From assembly GCA_963845605.1 (NCBI GenBank), contig CAWJSS010000002.1, positions 343,018 through 407,017 on the forward strand: 64,000 nucleotides of DNA, given 5' to 3'. Shown here piece after piece: positions 22,318 through 32,058 of this stretch. The notes beneath the pieces are model-generated. The model saw only the letters and a program-made list of their open reading frames with translations. It was not told where the DNA came from and searched no databases. This stretch comes from an uncultured Acidimicrobiaceae bacterium. Lineage in GTDB: Bacteria; Actinomycetota; Acidimicrobiia; Acidimicrobiales; Palsa-688. Within the stretch, counting starts at the first letter, position 1. Every line of letters begins with the position of its first letter. The translations under genes were made by a program, and so were the position numbers.

Positions 22318-22989
22318 ATGGCGGGCGAGGAGAGCATCAGCCCGGTCCTGCCCCCGGTGCCTGCGCCGGCCCCGGCCCAGCCGGTGAAAGCGGTCCTGTG
22401 GGACGTGGGCGGCGTCCTGCTCGATTGGGACCCCCGCCACCTGTACCGCAAGCTGTTCGGGGCCGATGTCGCGGGCATGGAGGATTTCCTGGCCAACGTG
22501 TGCACTATGCCGTGGCACGCCCAACAGGACCTCGGCCGCTCCATAGACGAGGCCTGCGCGGAACTCTCGAAGCAGCACCCTCGACAAGCCTCGTTGATCT
22601 TGGCGTGGGCGGAGCGCAACGAGGAGATGGTGAAGGGCCCGGTCGGCGGCAGCGATGCGCTGCTGGCCGAGGTGGTCAGCGCGGGAGTGCCCTGCTACGC
22701 GCTGACCAACATGGAAAGGGAGAGCTTCGAGCGGCGCATCAGCCTGTACGAGTTTTTCCAGTTGTTCGATGGGTATTTCGTGTCCGGTTTCGAAGGCGTC
22801 ATGAAACCGGACCCGCGTTTTTTCGAGCTGGCCCTGGAGCGCTTCGCCCTCACCCCAGAGGAAACGCTGTTCACGGACGACAAAGCCGAGAACGTGGCTG
22901 CGGCGGTCGCAGCCGGGGTGCCCGCTACGGTTTTTCGCGATGCCGTTTCTTTTCGCCACGAGTTAGTGGCGAGGGGCGTCCTGGCTTAG
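22318..22989 (+). CDS. HAD-superfamily hydrolase (subfamily IA-like)
   Basis: Motif I-like AVLWDVGGVLLDW, a later LTNMERESF, and FTDDKAENVAAA (motif IV). ATG 22318 is preferred over the track start because 22234-22317 overlaps the divergent ACAD gene. Confidence 0.75.
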   Translation: MAGEESISPVLPPVPAPAPAQPVKAVLWDVGGVLLDWDPRHLYRKLFGADVAGMEDFLANVCTMPWHAQQDLGRSIDEACAELSKQHPRQASLILAWAERNEEMVKGPVGGSDALLAEVVSAGVPCYALTNMERESFERRISLYEFFQLFDGYFVSGFEGVMKPDPRFFELALERFALTPEETLFTDDKAENVAAAVAAGVPATVFRDAVSFRHELVARGVLA

Positions 22990-22993
22990 GGTC

Positions 22994-24232
22994 TCAGAAG
23001 CGGGGTTCTTTGGCCCGGTCCCGCGGCGCGATTTCCCCCAGAGCCTTCGCTATTCGGGACAGGATCTCTTCCAGGACCGCCCCTGTGGTGGCGAAGTTCA
23101 GGCGGGCAAAGCCGGTGCCCCCAGGCCCGAAATGGAGCCCCGAGCTCATTTTCACCAATGCGCTCGCGAGTAGCCAGTCGGCCGGGTCGTCGCCGGTGCC
23201 GGCGAGACGGAAGTCGAGCCATGACAGGTAAGTGCCCTCCGACAGGAAACCTCGTACGCCGGCCTCAGCCCCCGGCCCTGCCAACCACTGGCCAATAATG
23301 TCCCGGTTCGCCCGTAGGCGGGCGAGGCAGCGCTCTAGCCATTCATCGCCAGGGTCGCTCCAGCAGGCGAGCGTACTGGCGAGAGCGACTACGTTGACCC
23401 GACCGAGTAGTTCCGATGGTAGGGCGGCCAACTTCTGTTCTACTTCGGGCGGCCCCACATGGCCGACGGCGCAACGCATCCCGCCGAGGTTGTAAGACTT
23501 GCTGGCCGAGTACAACGTGACCGTACGACGGGCCAACTCGGGTGACAAAGAGGCTAACGGGACGTGGACGCCGCCGTGGAGGACAAGGTCGGCGTGCACT
23601 TCATCAGAGACGACGAGCAGACCGTTGCGTTCTACCAGGTTTCCCAACCTGGTTAGCTCCCGGGAGGAGAGCACCCGCCCGGTCGGGTTGTGCGGGTTAG
23701 CCAGCAACAAAAGCTTGGCCCCGCTGGCTTTCTCCTCAGCCTCGTCGAGGTCGAAAGACCAGCCGTCTTGGGTCTCGAGCGCCGGTACCGTCAGCATGCG
23801 ACGACCCGAGTCCTCGATCGCCCGCCACAGTGGCGGGTAGGACGGCGTGAGCAGGAGGATGCCATCACCAGGCGCGGTGGTCAGGTCGACCAGCACTTGA
23901 ACGGCCTGAACGACGTCGCAGAAGATCCGGAACCGGCCCGCTTCTGGCTCCCAGCCGTACCGGCTGGCCATCCGCGCCGCCCATTTCTCCTCGAGCGCGA
24001 CAAGCTCGTCGCCACTGGAGTACCCGAGGTCAGCGGTCCCGACGAGGTCCGCGAGCGCGTCCCTGACGGGCCTCGGCGTCGGGAAGTCCATATCTGCGAC
24101 CCAGCACGGGATCACGCCTTCGCCGGCCTTGGCCCACTTGGCGCCGGGCTTCGAGCGCAGCCACGCCTCGTCCAGCTCGTCGAAACCGTCGTCGAGGCGA
24201 GACCCGGAGGCGGGAGGCAGGTTGCGCGGCAC
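22994..24232 (-). CDS. PLP-dependent aminotransferase class I/II, MalY/PatB-like C-S lyase
   Basis: The PLP lysine context YSASKSYNLGGMRCA and the N-terminus ...KWAKAGEGVIPCWVADMDFPTP are typical of the cystathionine beta-lyase PatB/MalY subgroup. Confidence 0.8.
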   Translation of the reverse strand: MPRNLPPASGSRLDDGFDELDEAWLRSKPGAKWAKAGEGVIPCWVADMDFPTPRPVRDALADLVGTADLGYSSGDELVALEEKWAARMASRYGWEPEAGRFRIFCDVVQAVQVLVDLTTAPGDGILLLTPSYPPLWRAIEDSGRRMLTVPALETQDGWSFDLDEAEEKASGAKLLLLANPHNPTGRVLSSRELTRLGNLVERNGLLVVSDEVHADLVLHGGVHVPLASLSPELARRTVTLYSASKSYNLGGMRCAVGHVGPPEVEQKLAALPSELLGRVNVVALASTLACWSDPGDEWLERCLARLRANRDIIGQWLAGPGAEAGVRGFLSEGTYLSWLDFRLAGTGDDPADWLLASALVKMSSGLHFGPGGTGFARLNFATTGAVLEEILSRIAKALGEIAPRDRAKEPRF

Positions 24233-24310
24233 CGTGGCATCGTATAGCGCCGTTCCCCGGCTGCCGCCACCGTTTGCAAACGTTTGGCCAGCTGTGGCAG
24301 TATTGCGACC

Positions 24311-24391
24311 ATGGCAGTAGCGCTCAAGGGCACGGCTATACCCGGCGCTACTCCTGGCGCGGCCCTTTTGGGCCTCGTAGTAATTACTTGA
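24311..24391 (+). promoter_or_regulatory. candidate ilvBNC leader peptide ORF (MAVALKGTAIPGATPGAALLGLVVIT*)
   Basis: A 26-codon ORF whose last eight codons are Leu-Leu-Gly-Leu-Val-Val-Ile-Thr. It lies 28 nt upstream of a strong intrinsic terminator and ~100 nt upstream of ilvB, which is the layout of branched-chain amino-acid attenuators. Confidence 0.5.
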
Positions 24392-24418
24392 CGCGCACGT
24401 CTAACAGCGTGTGCGTCG

Positions 24419-24450
24419 AACGACCTCCCTTTGGGGAGGTCGTTTTGTTT
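24419..24450 (+). terminator. intrinsic terminator / attenuator upstream of ilvB
   Basis: aacgacctccc-tttg-gggaggtcgtt forms a perfect 11-bp stem with a 4-nt loop, followed by ttgttt. An alternative hairpin acgcgcacg...cgtgtgcgt at 24391-24416 could act as an anti-terminator element. Confidence 0.65.
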
Positions 24451-24494
24451 CTAGCGTCAACCAGACCGAGGTACCCGACGACAGCGAGGCACCG

Positions 24495-26237
24495 ATGCAA
24501 CTGAGCGGGGCGCAAGCCCTAATAAAGAGCTTGGAGATGGAGCGGACGGAGGTCATATTTGGCCTGCCCGGAGGCGCCATCTTGCCGGCCTACGACCCCA
24601 TACTGGACTCGCCGATCCGCCACGTCCTCGTCCGCCACGAACAAGGCGCCGGCCATATGGCCGAGGGCTACGCCCAAGTGGCGGGCCGGCCGGGGGTGGT
24701 CATGGTCACGAGCGGCCCAGGGGCTACGAACCTCGTAACTCCCTTGTGCGACGCGTACATGGACTCGGTCCCGGTGGTAGCCATTACCGGTCAAGTGAGC
24801 CGGGGAGTAATCGGGACGGATTCGTTCCAGGAGGCTGACACTGTCGGTATTACCCGATCGGTAACCAAGCACAACGAGCTCGTGATGCGGCCCGAGGATA
24901 TAGCCCTGGCCGTAAGGCAAGCGTTCTTGCTGGCCACTACGGGGCGGCCGGGCCCGGTGCTGCTTGACATCCCCAAGGACGTACTCACGGGGCGCTTGGA
25001 GTGGCACTGGCCGGACGACGAGGAGGTCTCGTCCTCCCTCCCTGGGTACAAGCCGACCATCAAGGGCCACCCGCGTATGGTGCGCGAGGCGGTAAGGCTC
25101 ATAACCAGTTCCCAGCGCCCTGTGATTTACGCCGGCGGAGGGATCCTGAAGGCGCGGGCTAGCGAGGCGCTGCGCAAACTGGCGGAGCTCACCGGGGCGC
25201 CCGTCGTCACCACACTCATGGCGCGCGGCGCTTTCCCCGACAGCCATCCTCTGTGCCTGGGTATGCCGGGTATGCACGGTAATTACGCGGCCATCATGGC
25301 CATGCAGGAAGCGGATCTGTTGATCGCCCTCGGCACCCGCTTCGACGACCGGGTCACCGGGCAGGTAAGTTCCTTTGCGCCCGGCGCCAAAATTGTCCAC
25401 GTCGATATCGACCCGGCCGAGCTGGGCAAGATCCGCCGGCCCGAAGTACCGATCGTCGGAGATTGCCGTCTGGTAACGGAGGAAATAGCGCGCGTCCTGA
25501 TAGCCAGCGGTGAACCCCAGCCGGAGCGGACTGCATGGTGGGGGCAACTAAAGGAATGGCAAGAGCGGTTCCCGCTCTATTACGAACCTCAGGCTGACGG
25601 GGAGCTGTTGAAACCTCAAGCTGTGATCGAGGCGATCCGGGACGCCAGCCCTGAGGACACCACCGTGGTCGCCGGGGTAGGCCAGCACCAGATGTGGGCC
25701 AGCCAATACTGGCGTTTCGAGCACCCTCACACCTGGGTGAACTCTGGAGGCCTGGGCACGATGGGGTTCGCCGTGCCGGCGGCCATTGGGGCCAAAGTTG
25801 GCCGCCCCGACCGCACGGTTTGGGCCATTGACGGCGATGGCTGCTTCCAGATGACGGCCCAAGAACTGGTGACGGCCTCGAGTGAACGCATCCCCATAAA
25901 GGTGGCCATCTTGAACAATGCGTACCTCGGGATGGTCCGCCAGTGGCAGGAGCTGTTCTACGAGGAACGGTATTCGGAGGTCTACCTGTCTCCCGATTTG
26001 CCGGACTATGTGAAATGGGCCGAGTCGATGGGCTGCGTCGCGTTCCGGGTCGAGCACGCCGACGACGTTGGCCCCGTGGTAGAGAAGGCCAACTCCATAG
26101 ACGACCAACCGGTGGTGATCGATTTCCGCACCGACTCCCGGGAGAAGGTCTTCCCCATGGTCCCGGCCGGGCAATCCAACAGTGATGTGATCGTCCATCC
26201 CGGCCTTCGCCCCGGTGGAGAAAAGGTGGTGCAATAA
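24495..26237 (+). CDS. ilvB: acetolactate synthase, large (catalytic) subunit
   Basis: Contains [27 protein letters not shown] and the ThDP motif [16 protein letters not shown]...DGDGCFQM...NN. ATG 24495 is preceded by GCGAGG. The track start at 24411 would include the terminator hairpin. Confidence 0.92.
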   Translation: MQLSGAQALIKSLEMERTEVIFGLPGGAILPAYDPILDSPIRHVLVRHEQGAGHMAEGYAQVAGRPGVVMVTSGPGATNLVTPLCDAYMDSVPVVAITGQVSRGVIGTDSFQEADTVGITRSVTKHNELVMRPEDIALAVRQAFLLATTGRPGPVLLDIPKDVLTGRLEWHWPDDEEVSSSLPGYKPTIKGHPRMVREAVRLITSSQRPVIYAGGGILKARASEALRKLAELTGAPVVTTLMARGAFPDSHPLCLGMPGMHGNYAAIMAMQEADLLIALGTRFDDRVTGQVSSFAPGAKIVHVDIDPAELGKIRRPEVPIVGDCRLVTEEIARVLIASGEPQPERTAWWGQLKEWQERFPLYYEPQADGELLKPQAVIEAIRDASPEDTTVVAGVGQHQMWASQYWRFEHPHTWVNSGGLGTMGFAVPAAIGAKVGRPDRTVWAIDGDGCFQMTAQELVTASSERIPIKVAILNNAYLGMVRQWQELFYEERYSEVYLSPDLPDYVKWAESMGCVAFRVEHADDVGPVVEKANSIDDQPVVIDFRTDSREKVFPMVPAGQSNSDVIVHPGLRPGGEKVVQ

Positions 26238-26812
26238 TGGCTGTCGCCAGCCCGGTGACGACGTGGGTCTCTGGTAGCGGGCGTCTGCACCACCAGACCA
26301 TTTCTATAATCGTCGAGAACCGGGCCGGGGTCCTGGCCCGGATCTCGGCGCTGTTCGCTCGGCGAGGTTTCAACATAATCTCGTTGGCCGTAGCGCCGAC
26401 CGACGACGAAGCCTTTAGCCGGGTCACGATCGTGGTGGACCTCGAGGAGACATCGGTGGAGCAGCTTACGAAGCAGCTGTTCAAACTGGTCAATGTGGTG
26501 AAGATCACGGAGCTCACCCCTGGCGAGGCCATCGAGCGCGAACTGGCACTGCTGTCCGTGCGCTGCGCCCCTCCAGGAGCCCCCGGACCATCGCGCGGTG
26601 AGGTCGGTGACCTGGTGCGGATCTTCGGGGGCACGATCGTGGACGTGGGCCAGGAGGCGCTCACGGTCATGTTGGCCGCCCAGCCGGCCGTACTCGACGA
26701 TTTCGAGGAGCTTTTGAAGCCCTACGGCATTATCGAGATCCAACGAACGGGCCGGGTGGCACTGCCTAAGCTGGAGCGACCGTCCGCCCGCCGCGGCCCC
26801 AACCGTTACTAA
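26237..26812 (+). CDS. ilvN: acetolactate synthase, small (regulatory) subunit
   Basis: ACT domain TISIIVENRAGVLARISALFARRGFNIISLAV. The start overlaps the ilvB stop (TAATG). Confidence 0.9.
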   Translation: MAVASPVTTWVSGSGRLHHQTISIIVENRAGVLARISALFARRGFNIISLAVAPTDDEAFSRVTIVVDLEETSVEQLTKQLFKLVNVVKITELTPGEAIERELALLSVRCAPPGAPGPSRGEVGDLVRIFGGTIVDVGQEALTVMLAAQPAVLDDFEELLKPYGIIEIQRTGRVALPKLERPSARRGPNRY

Positions 26813-26910
26813 TGCCTGTCAATAAAAGAGCTTTACAAAGAAGGAGGCGGCGGGCGCCCGCCGCCAGCTGGCGGGGCGCCGGACGACCCGCAACGGAAAG
26901 GTAAAGGTAA

Positions 26911-27935
<1,025 letters not shown>

Positions 27936-28021
27936 CCGGCCGTGGCCTATGCGCTCCACCGTCAGGCGGAGGGCGAGGATGCCAGGAGCCAGGGTGCCGG
28001 CCACGTCGACTTCGACTTCGA

Positions 28022-29903
28022 CTGATCGACTTCGACGTCATCGTCGTCGGCTCGGGATTTGGCGGGTCGGTGGCGGCTCTGCGCCTGTCTGAAAAGGGTT
28101 ACCGCGTGGCCGTGCTCGAGGCCGGGGCGCGTTTCGACGCCACCAACCTGCCCCGTACCTCCTGGGAAGTACGCCGGTTCTTGTGGGCGCCTACGCTGGG
28201 TTGTTACGGCATTCAGCGGGTCCATTTCCTGCGCGATGTACTGGTGCTGGCCGGCGCCGGCGTAGGGGGCGGATCTCTCAACTACGCCAATACGCTTTAT
28301 GAACCGCTGGCGGCCTTTTACGATGACGCTCAATGGCCGGCCGGGACCGACTGGCGGTCGGAACTGCGGCCTTATTTCGCGACAAGCGAGACGAATGCTC
28401 GGAGTGGTCGACAACCCGGCGCTTACGCCGGCTGATGAGGCCATGCGCCAGGTGGCCGTGGAAATGGGCGTGGAGGAGACGTTCCGCCCGGCCCCGGTCG
28501 GGGTGTTCTTCGGACCGCCCGGCAGCGCACCCGGGTCGTCTTTTGCTGACCCGTACTTCGGAGGAGCGGGGCCGGCCAGACGGGCGTGCCGCCAATGCGG
28601 CGAATGCATGACCGGGTGCCGCCATGGGGCCAAGAACACCCTTCTCACGAACTACCTTCATCTGGCCGAGCGCGCCGGCGCAGTGGTTCTGCCCCTGACC
28701 ACGGTCCGGTCTGTCGAGCCTCAGCCAGGGGGTGGATGGGTGGTGGGGACGTCCCGAACGGCTCGGTTCGGGGCCGGGGCGGGGCCCGAGTCAGGCCGGC
28801 GCCGGCAGTTTAGGGCCGGGCAGGTGGTCCTGGCCGCCGGTGCGTTCGGTACGCAAAGGCTGCTGCAGGCCATGGCGCTGGCGGGCACGTTGCCTGAACT
28901 GTCGCCAAGACTGGGCCAGCTCACGCGCACCAACTCCGAGTCGCTACTGGCCGCTGTGGTCCCTCACGACGCGCCCCGCCCCGATTTCAGCCGCGGAGTG
29001 GCTATAACTTCCTCCTTTTACCCACAGCCCGGTACCCATGTGGAGCCGGTCAGGTACGGTCACGGCTCCAACATGATGGGCCTTTTCGGGACGATGATGG
29101 TCGAGGGCGGCGACGGGGCGAACGGGAGCGGCCCGAATGGGAGCGGGCCGAATGGGAGCGGGCCGGATGGGAGCGGCTCGGATGGGAGCGGCTCGGGTGG
29201 GAGCGGCTCGGATGGGAGTGGCTCGGATGGGAGTGGGCCGAATTGGCGGCGGTTCATTTCCGCGGCGGCCCGGGATCCAGGCGCTCTGCTGCGGGCCTTC
29301 GACCTGCGCGCCTGGTCGGAACGTACCGTCATCGCCCTGGTCATGCAGGCCCATGACAATTCGCTGACAATATCGGGAAAGCGGGACCGCTTTGGGCGGA
29401 CCAGGCTGGTGAGCCGCCAGGGGCACGGCCAGCCCAACCCGACATGGCTGCCCGTCGGTCACAAGGTGGTGCGACGATTGGCCGCGGCCGTAGGGGGTAA
29501 CCCGGGCGGGACGTGGGGCGAGATATTCGCCATGCCCATGACCGCTCACTTCCTGGGTGGTTGCGTCATTGGCGCCTCTGCGTCGGAGGGCGTTATCGAC
29601 CAGTTTCACCGGGTTTATTCGTACCCCGGCCTACACGTTGTCGACGGTTCAGCGATGCCGGCCAACCCCGGGGCCAACCCGGCCTTGACCATTACGGCCC
29701 TGGCCGAGAGGGCGTTTTCATATTGGCCCAACAACGGCGAGCCCGACCCGAGGCCACCGCTGGCCGCTTTGAGCGACGGCGAGGTGGGGGCGGAGAGCGA
29801 ACTGCGAGCAGCGCCCGTCGTAGCAAAGTGGCCGGTAGTACCCGTTGGCGCGAGCGGGGAGTTAAGGCTCGACTTAGGGGCGACGGCTGGGCCTGTGGAG
29901 TAG
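28022..29903 (+). pseudogene. GMC-family FAD oxidoreductase (cholesterol-oxidase-like), with a +1 frameshift near 28379-28383; start uncertain
   Basis: The N-terminal part in frame 2 carries the FAD fold [31 protein letters not shown] and runs to ...ELRPYFA. The sequence continues in frame 0 as [12 protein letters not shown]... through to VVDGSAMPANPGANPALTITALAER. There is no ATG/GTG directly before [13 protein letters not shown] at 27942 opens a 27-codon frame-0 ORF ending HVDFDFD*, which may be the true but shifted N-terminus. Confidence 0.8.
29121..29240. repeat. 15-nt tandem repeat, 8 units, in frame inside the GMC oxidoreductase
   Basis: Units aacgggagcggcccg, aatgggagcgggccg x2, gatgggagcggctcg x2, ggtgggagcggctcg, gatgggagtggctcg, gatgggagtgggccg. 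They encode NGSGP x3, DGSGS x2, GGSGS, DGSGS, DGSGP. Confidence 0.9.
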
Positions 29904-30056
29904 GGCGCCGGTGGTGGACCTGCCAGTCCCAATAAGGGCGGCCGCTTTCGGCGCGCTATGCGGTTCTCGGCGTATTTGCTGGCGGATCTGAGCAAGAACC
30001 ACGCCGAGAATGCCTAACTGCCCCGAAAGGCGGACCTTTCCGGCTCGCCGCCATCC

Positions 30057-30998
30057 CTAAGACCTCGTCAATACGATTTTGCCGAACTTGTGCCCGGTTT
30101 CAAAGCGTTCGTACGCCTCGGCTACCTTCTCGAAGGGATAAGTGGTCTCGACGACGACCCTGGTCCTCCCGGTAGCAAGCAGGGGCAGGACGTGGTTTTC
30201 AAGTTGGCGGGCAAGGAGGGCCTTTTCCTCCAGCGACCGGGTGCGCAGGGTCGACCCCCGCAATGTCGCCCTCCGGTGCATCATCGCCCCCAAGTCGAGT
30301 TCGACCCGGCTGCCTGCCCCCAGGCCAATGACGACCAGGCGCCCTTGGGGGGCCAGGCAATCGAGCGCCGCTGGTACCCCGGGGCCACCCACCAGTTCGA
30401 GCACGATGTCGAACGGGCCCAGGGCCAGGGCCTCCGCCGGGGCCGCGCACGTGGCCCCCAACTCGGCGACCCGGTCGCGAAGGCCTGGATGGCGCACACT
30501 GGCCACAACGGTGGCACCCGCGGCCGCCGCTAGTTGGACGCCGGCTGTCCCCACGCCTCCGGCTGCCCCCGTCACCAGTGCCCGGTCGCCGATACTCAGC
30601 CCTGCTTGGGGGAAAAGGGCGTCGTAAGCGGTACCGAACGCCTCCGGAAAGCCGCCGGCCTCGACCGGCGAGCACGTGGGGGGGATAGGCATGGCCACTC
30701 GTTCGTCTAGTAATGCCAGCTCCGCCTGGGCTGCGCCGGGTAGAAGGCCCATCACTCGATCCCCACGAACGAAACGGCCCACGGCGGCGCCCGTTGCCTC
30801 CACCACGCCGGCACATTCCAGCCCCGGCTGGTCTTCTGGCACCCCATGGGGCGGGGGGTAATGACCGGCTTTTTGCATCAGATCGGCCCGGTTCAGGCCG
30901 GCGGCCTCCACTCTGACCAAGAGGTCCCGAGGGCCCGGTTCGGGGTCCGGGCGTTCCGACCAGGTGACATCGCCGCCAGAGAACACGACTGCTTTCAT
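30057..30998 (-). CDS. NADPH:quinone oxidoreductase / zeta-crystallin-like medium-chain dehydrogenase
   Basis: MKAVVFSGG..., the Rossmann motif VTGAAGGVGTAGVQLAAAAGATVVA, and the C-terminus HKFGKIVL are typical of Qor-type MDR proteins. Confidence 0.85.
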   Translation of the reverse strand: MKAVVFSGGDVTWSERPDPEPGPRDLLVRVEAAGLNRADLMQKAGHYPPPHGVPEDQPGLECAGVVEATGAAVGRFVRGDRVMGLLPGAAQAELALLDERVAMPIPPTCSPVEAGGFPEAFGTAYDALFPQAGLSIGDRALVTGAAGGVGTAGVQLAAAAGATVVASVRHPGLRDRVAELGATCAAPAEALALGPFDIVLELVGGPGVPAALDCLAPQGRLVVIGLGAGSRVELDLGAMMHRRATLRGSTLRTRSLEEKALLARQLENHVLPLLATGRTRVVVETTYPFEKVAEAYERFETGHKFGKIVLTRS

Positions 30999-31092
30999 CG
31001 TTCGAGCGTAGAGCGGGCGGAGAGTGGCGGAAGATAAATGGCCGGGGCGGCCGGGCTCGGCGTTGTCGTGCCCAGGCCTCTAGGGTCGCGCC

Positions 31093-32058
31093 ATGGTTGT
31101 CCCTACCAACAAAACGTTGCTCGTCGATTGCGATACGGGCATCGACGACGCCATTGCCCTCCTCTACCTCCTGGCCGACCCCGAGGTCGAGATATGCGCC
31201 ATCACCACGGTTTTCGGCAACATCTCCGCCACGGCCGCGGCGCGCAACACGCTGTGGGCACTCGACGTGGCCGGTCGCACCGGGGAGGTGCCGGTGGCCA
31301 TAGGTTCGGAGGTCACGCTGCTTGGAGAACAAACTCATCGCGGCGGGGATGTTCATGGGGACGAGGGACTCGGCGGGACCGAAGTCGGTCAACCCGCTGG
31401 CAGCCCGGTAGACGAGAGGGCAGCCGAGCTGATCGTCCGCGTGGCGCGCCAACGTCCGGGCCAACTGCACCTGCTCGCCACCGGGCCCCTGACGAACGTA
31501 GCCACGGCTCTGCGCCTGGAACCCGAACTGCCTCGATTACTGACTGGGGTGACCGTCATGGGTGGGGCAGCCCTAGCGCCCGGCAACACTACGCCCGCCG
31601 CCGAGGCGAACATTTGGCATGACCCCGAAGCGGCTCAGGCCGTCCTGTCGGCTTCGTGGGCTACAACGTTGGTCCCGCTCGACGCCACCATGCGCCAGGT
31701 CATTACAGAGGAGCAACGACGGCGATTGGCCGAATCCGACACAGCTGTGGCCCAGTTCGCGGCCGAGATCTTGAGTCACTATATGGATTTTTACACTTCG
31801 GTGTTCGGCCGGCGGTGCTGCGCCTGCCATGACGTCCTGGCGGCCGCTATTGCAGTGCAGGACGTGGTGCCTACGCGGGCGATGACCGTCAAGGTGGCCG
31901 TAAATACGAGCCCCGGTCCTGCCCGCGGCGCCACCGTTTGCGATATGCGAGGGCAATACAAAGGGGAGGTCAGGCAGCCTGGCGCGAATTGCAATGTGGT
32001 CCTGGAGACTCCTGGCGATTTCCCCGAGCGGGTGCTCCGGCGGCTTTTGCGCATTTAA
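31093..32058 (+). CDS. nucleoside hydrolase (inosine/uridine-preferring family)
   Basis: N-terminal aspartate cluster LLVDCDTGIDDAIALLYL, plus ...TGPLTNVA... and NIWHDPEAA motifs. Confidence 0.88.
   Translation: MVVPTNKTLLVDCDTGIDDAIALLYLLADPEVEICAITTVFGNISATAAARNTLWALDVAGRTGEVPVAIGSEVTLLGEQTHRGGDVHGDEGLGGTEVGQPAGSPVDERAAELIVRVARQRPGQLHLLATGPLTNVATALRLEPELPRLLTGVTVMGGAALAPGNTTPAAEANIWHDPEAAQAVLSASWATTLVPLDATMRQVITEEQRRRLAESDTAVAQFAAEILSHYMDFYTSVFGRRCCACHDVLAAAIAVQDVVPTRAMTVKVAVNTSPGPARGATVCDMRGQYKGEVRQPGANCNVVLETPGDFPERVLRRLLRI

Noticed and set aside
24411-24494. Upstream GTG start for ilvB given by the ORF track
   Set aside because: This segment contains the terminator hairpin and T-tract. 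The conserved IlvB sequence begins at [14 protein letters not shown] (ATG 24495), which has a purine-rich RBS.
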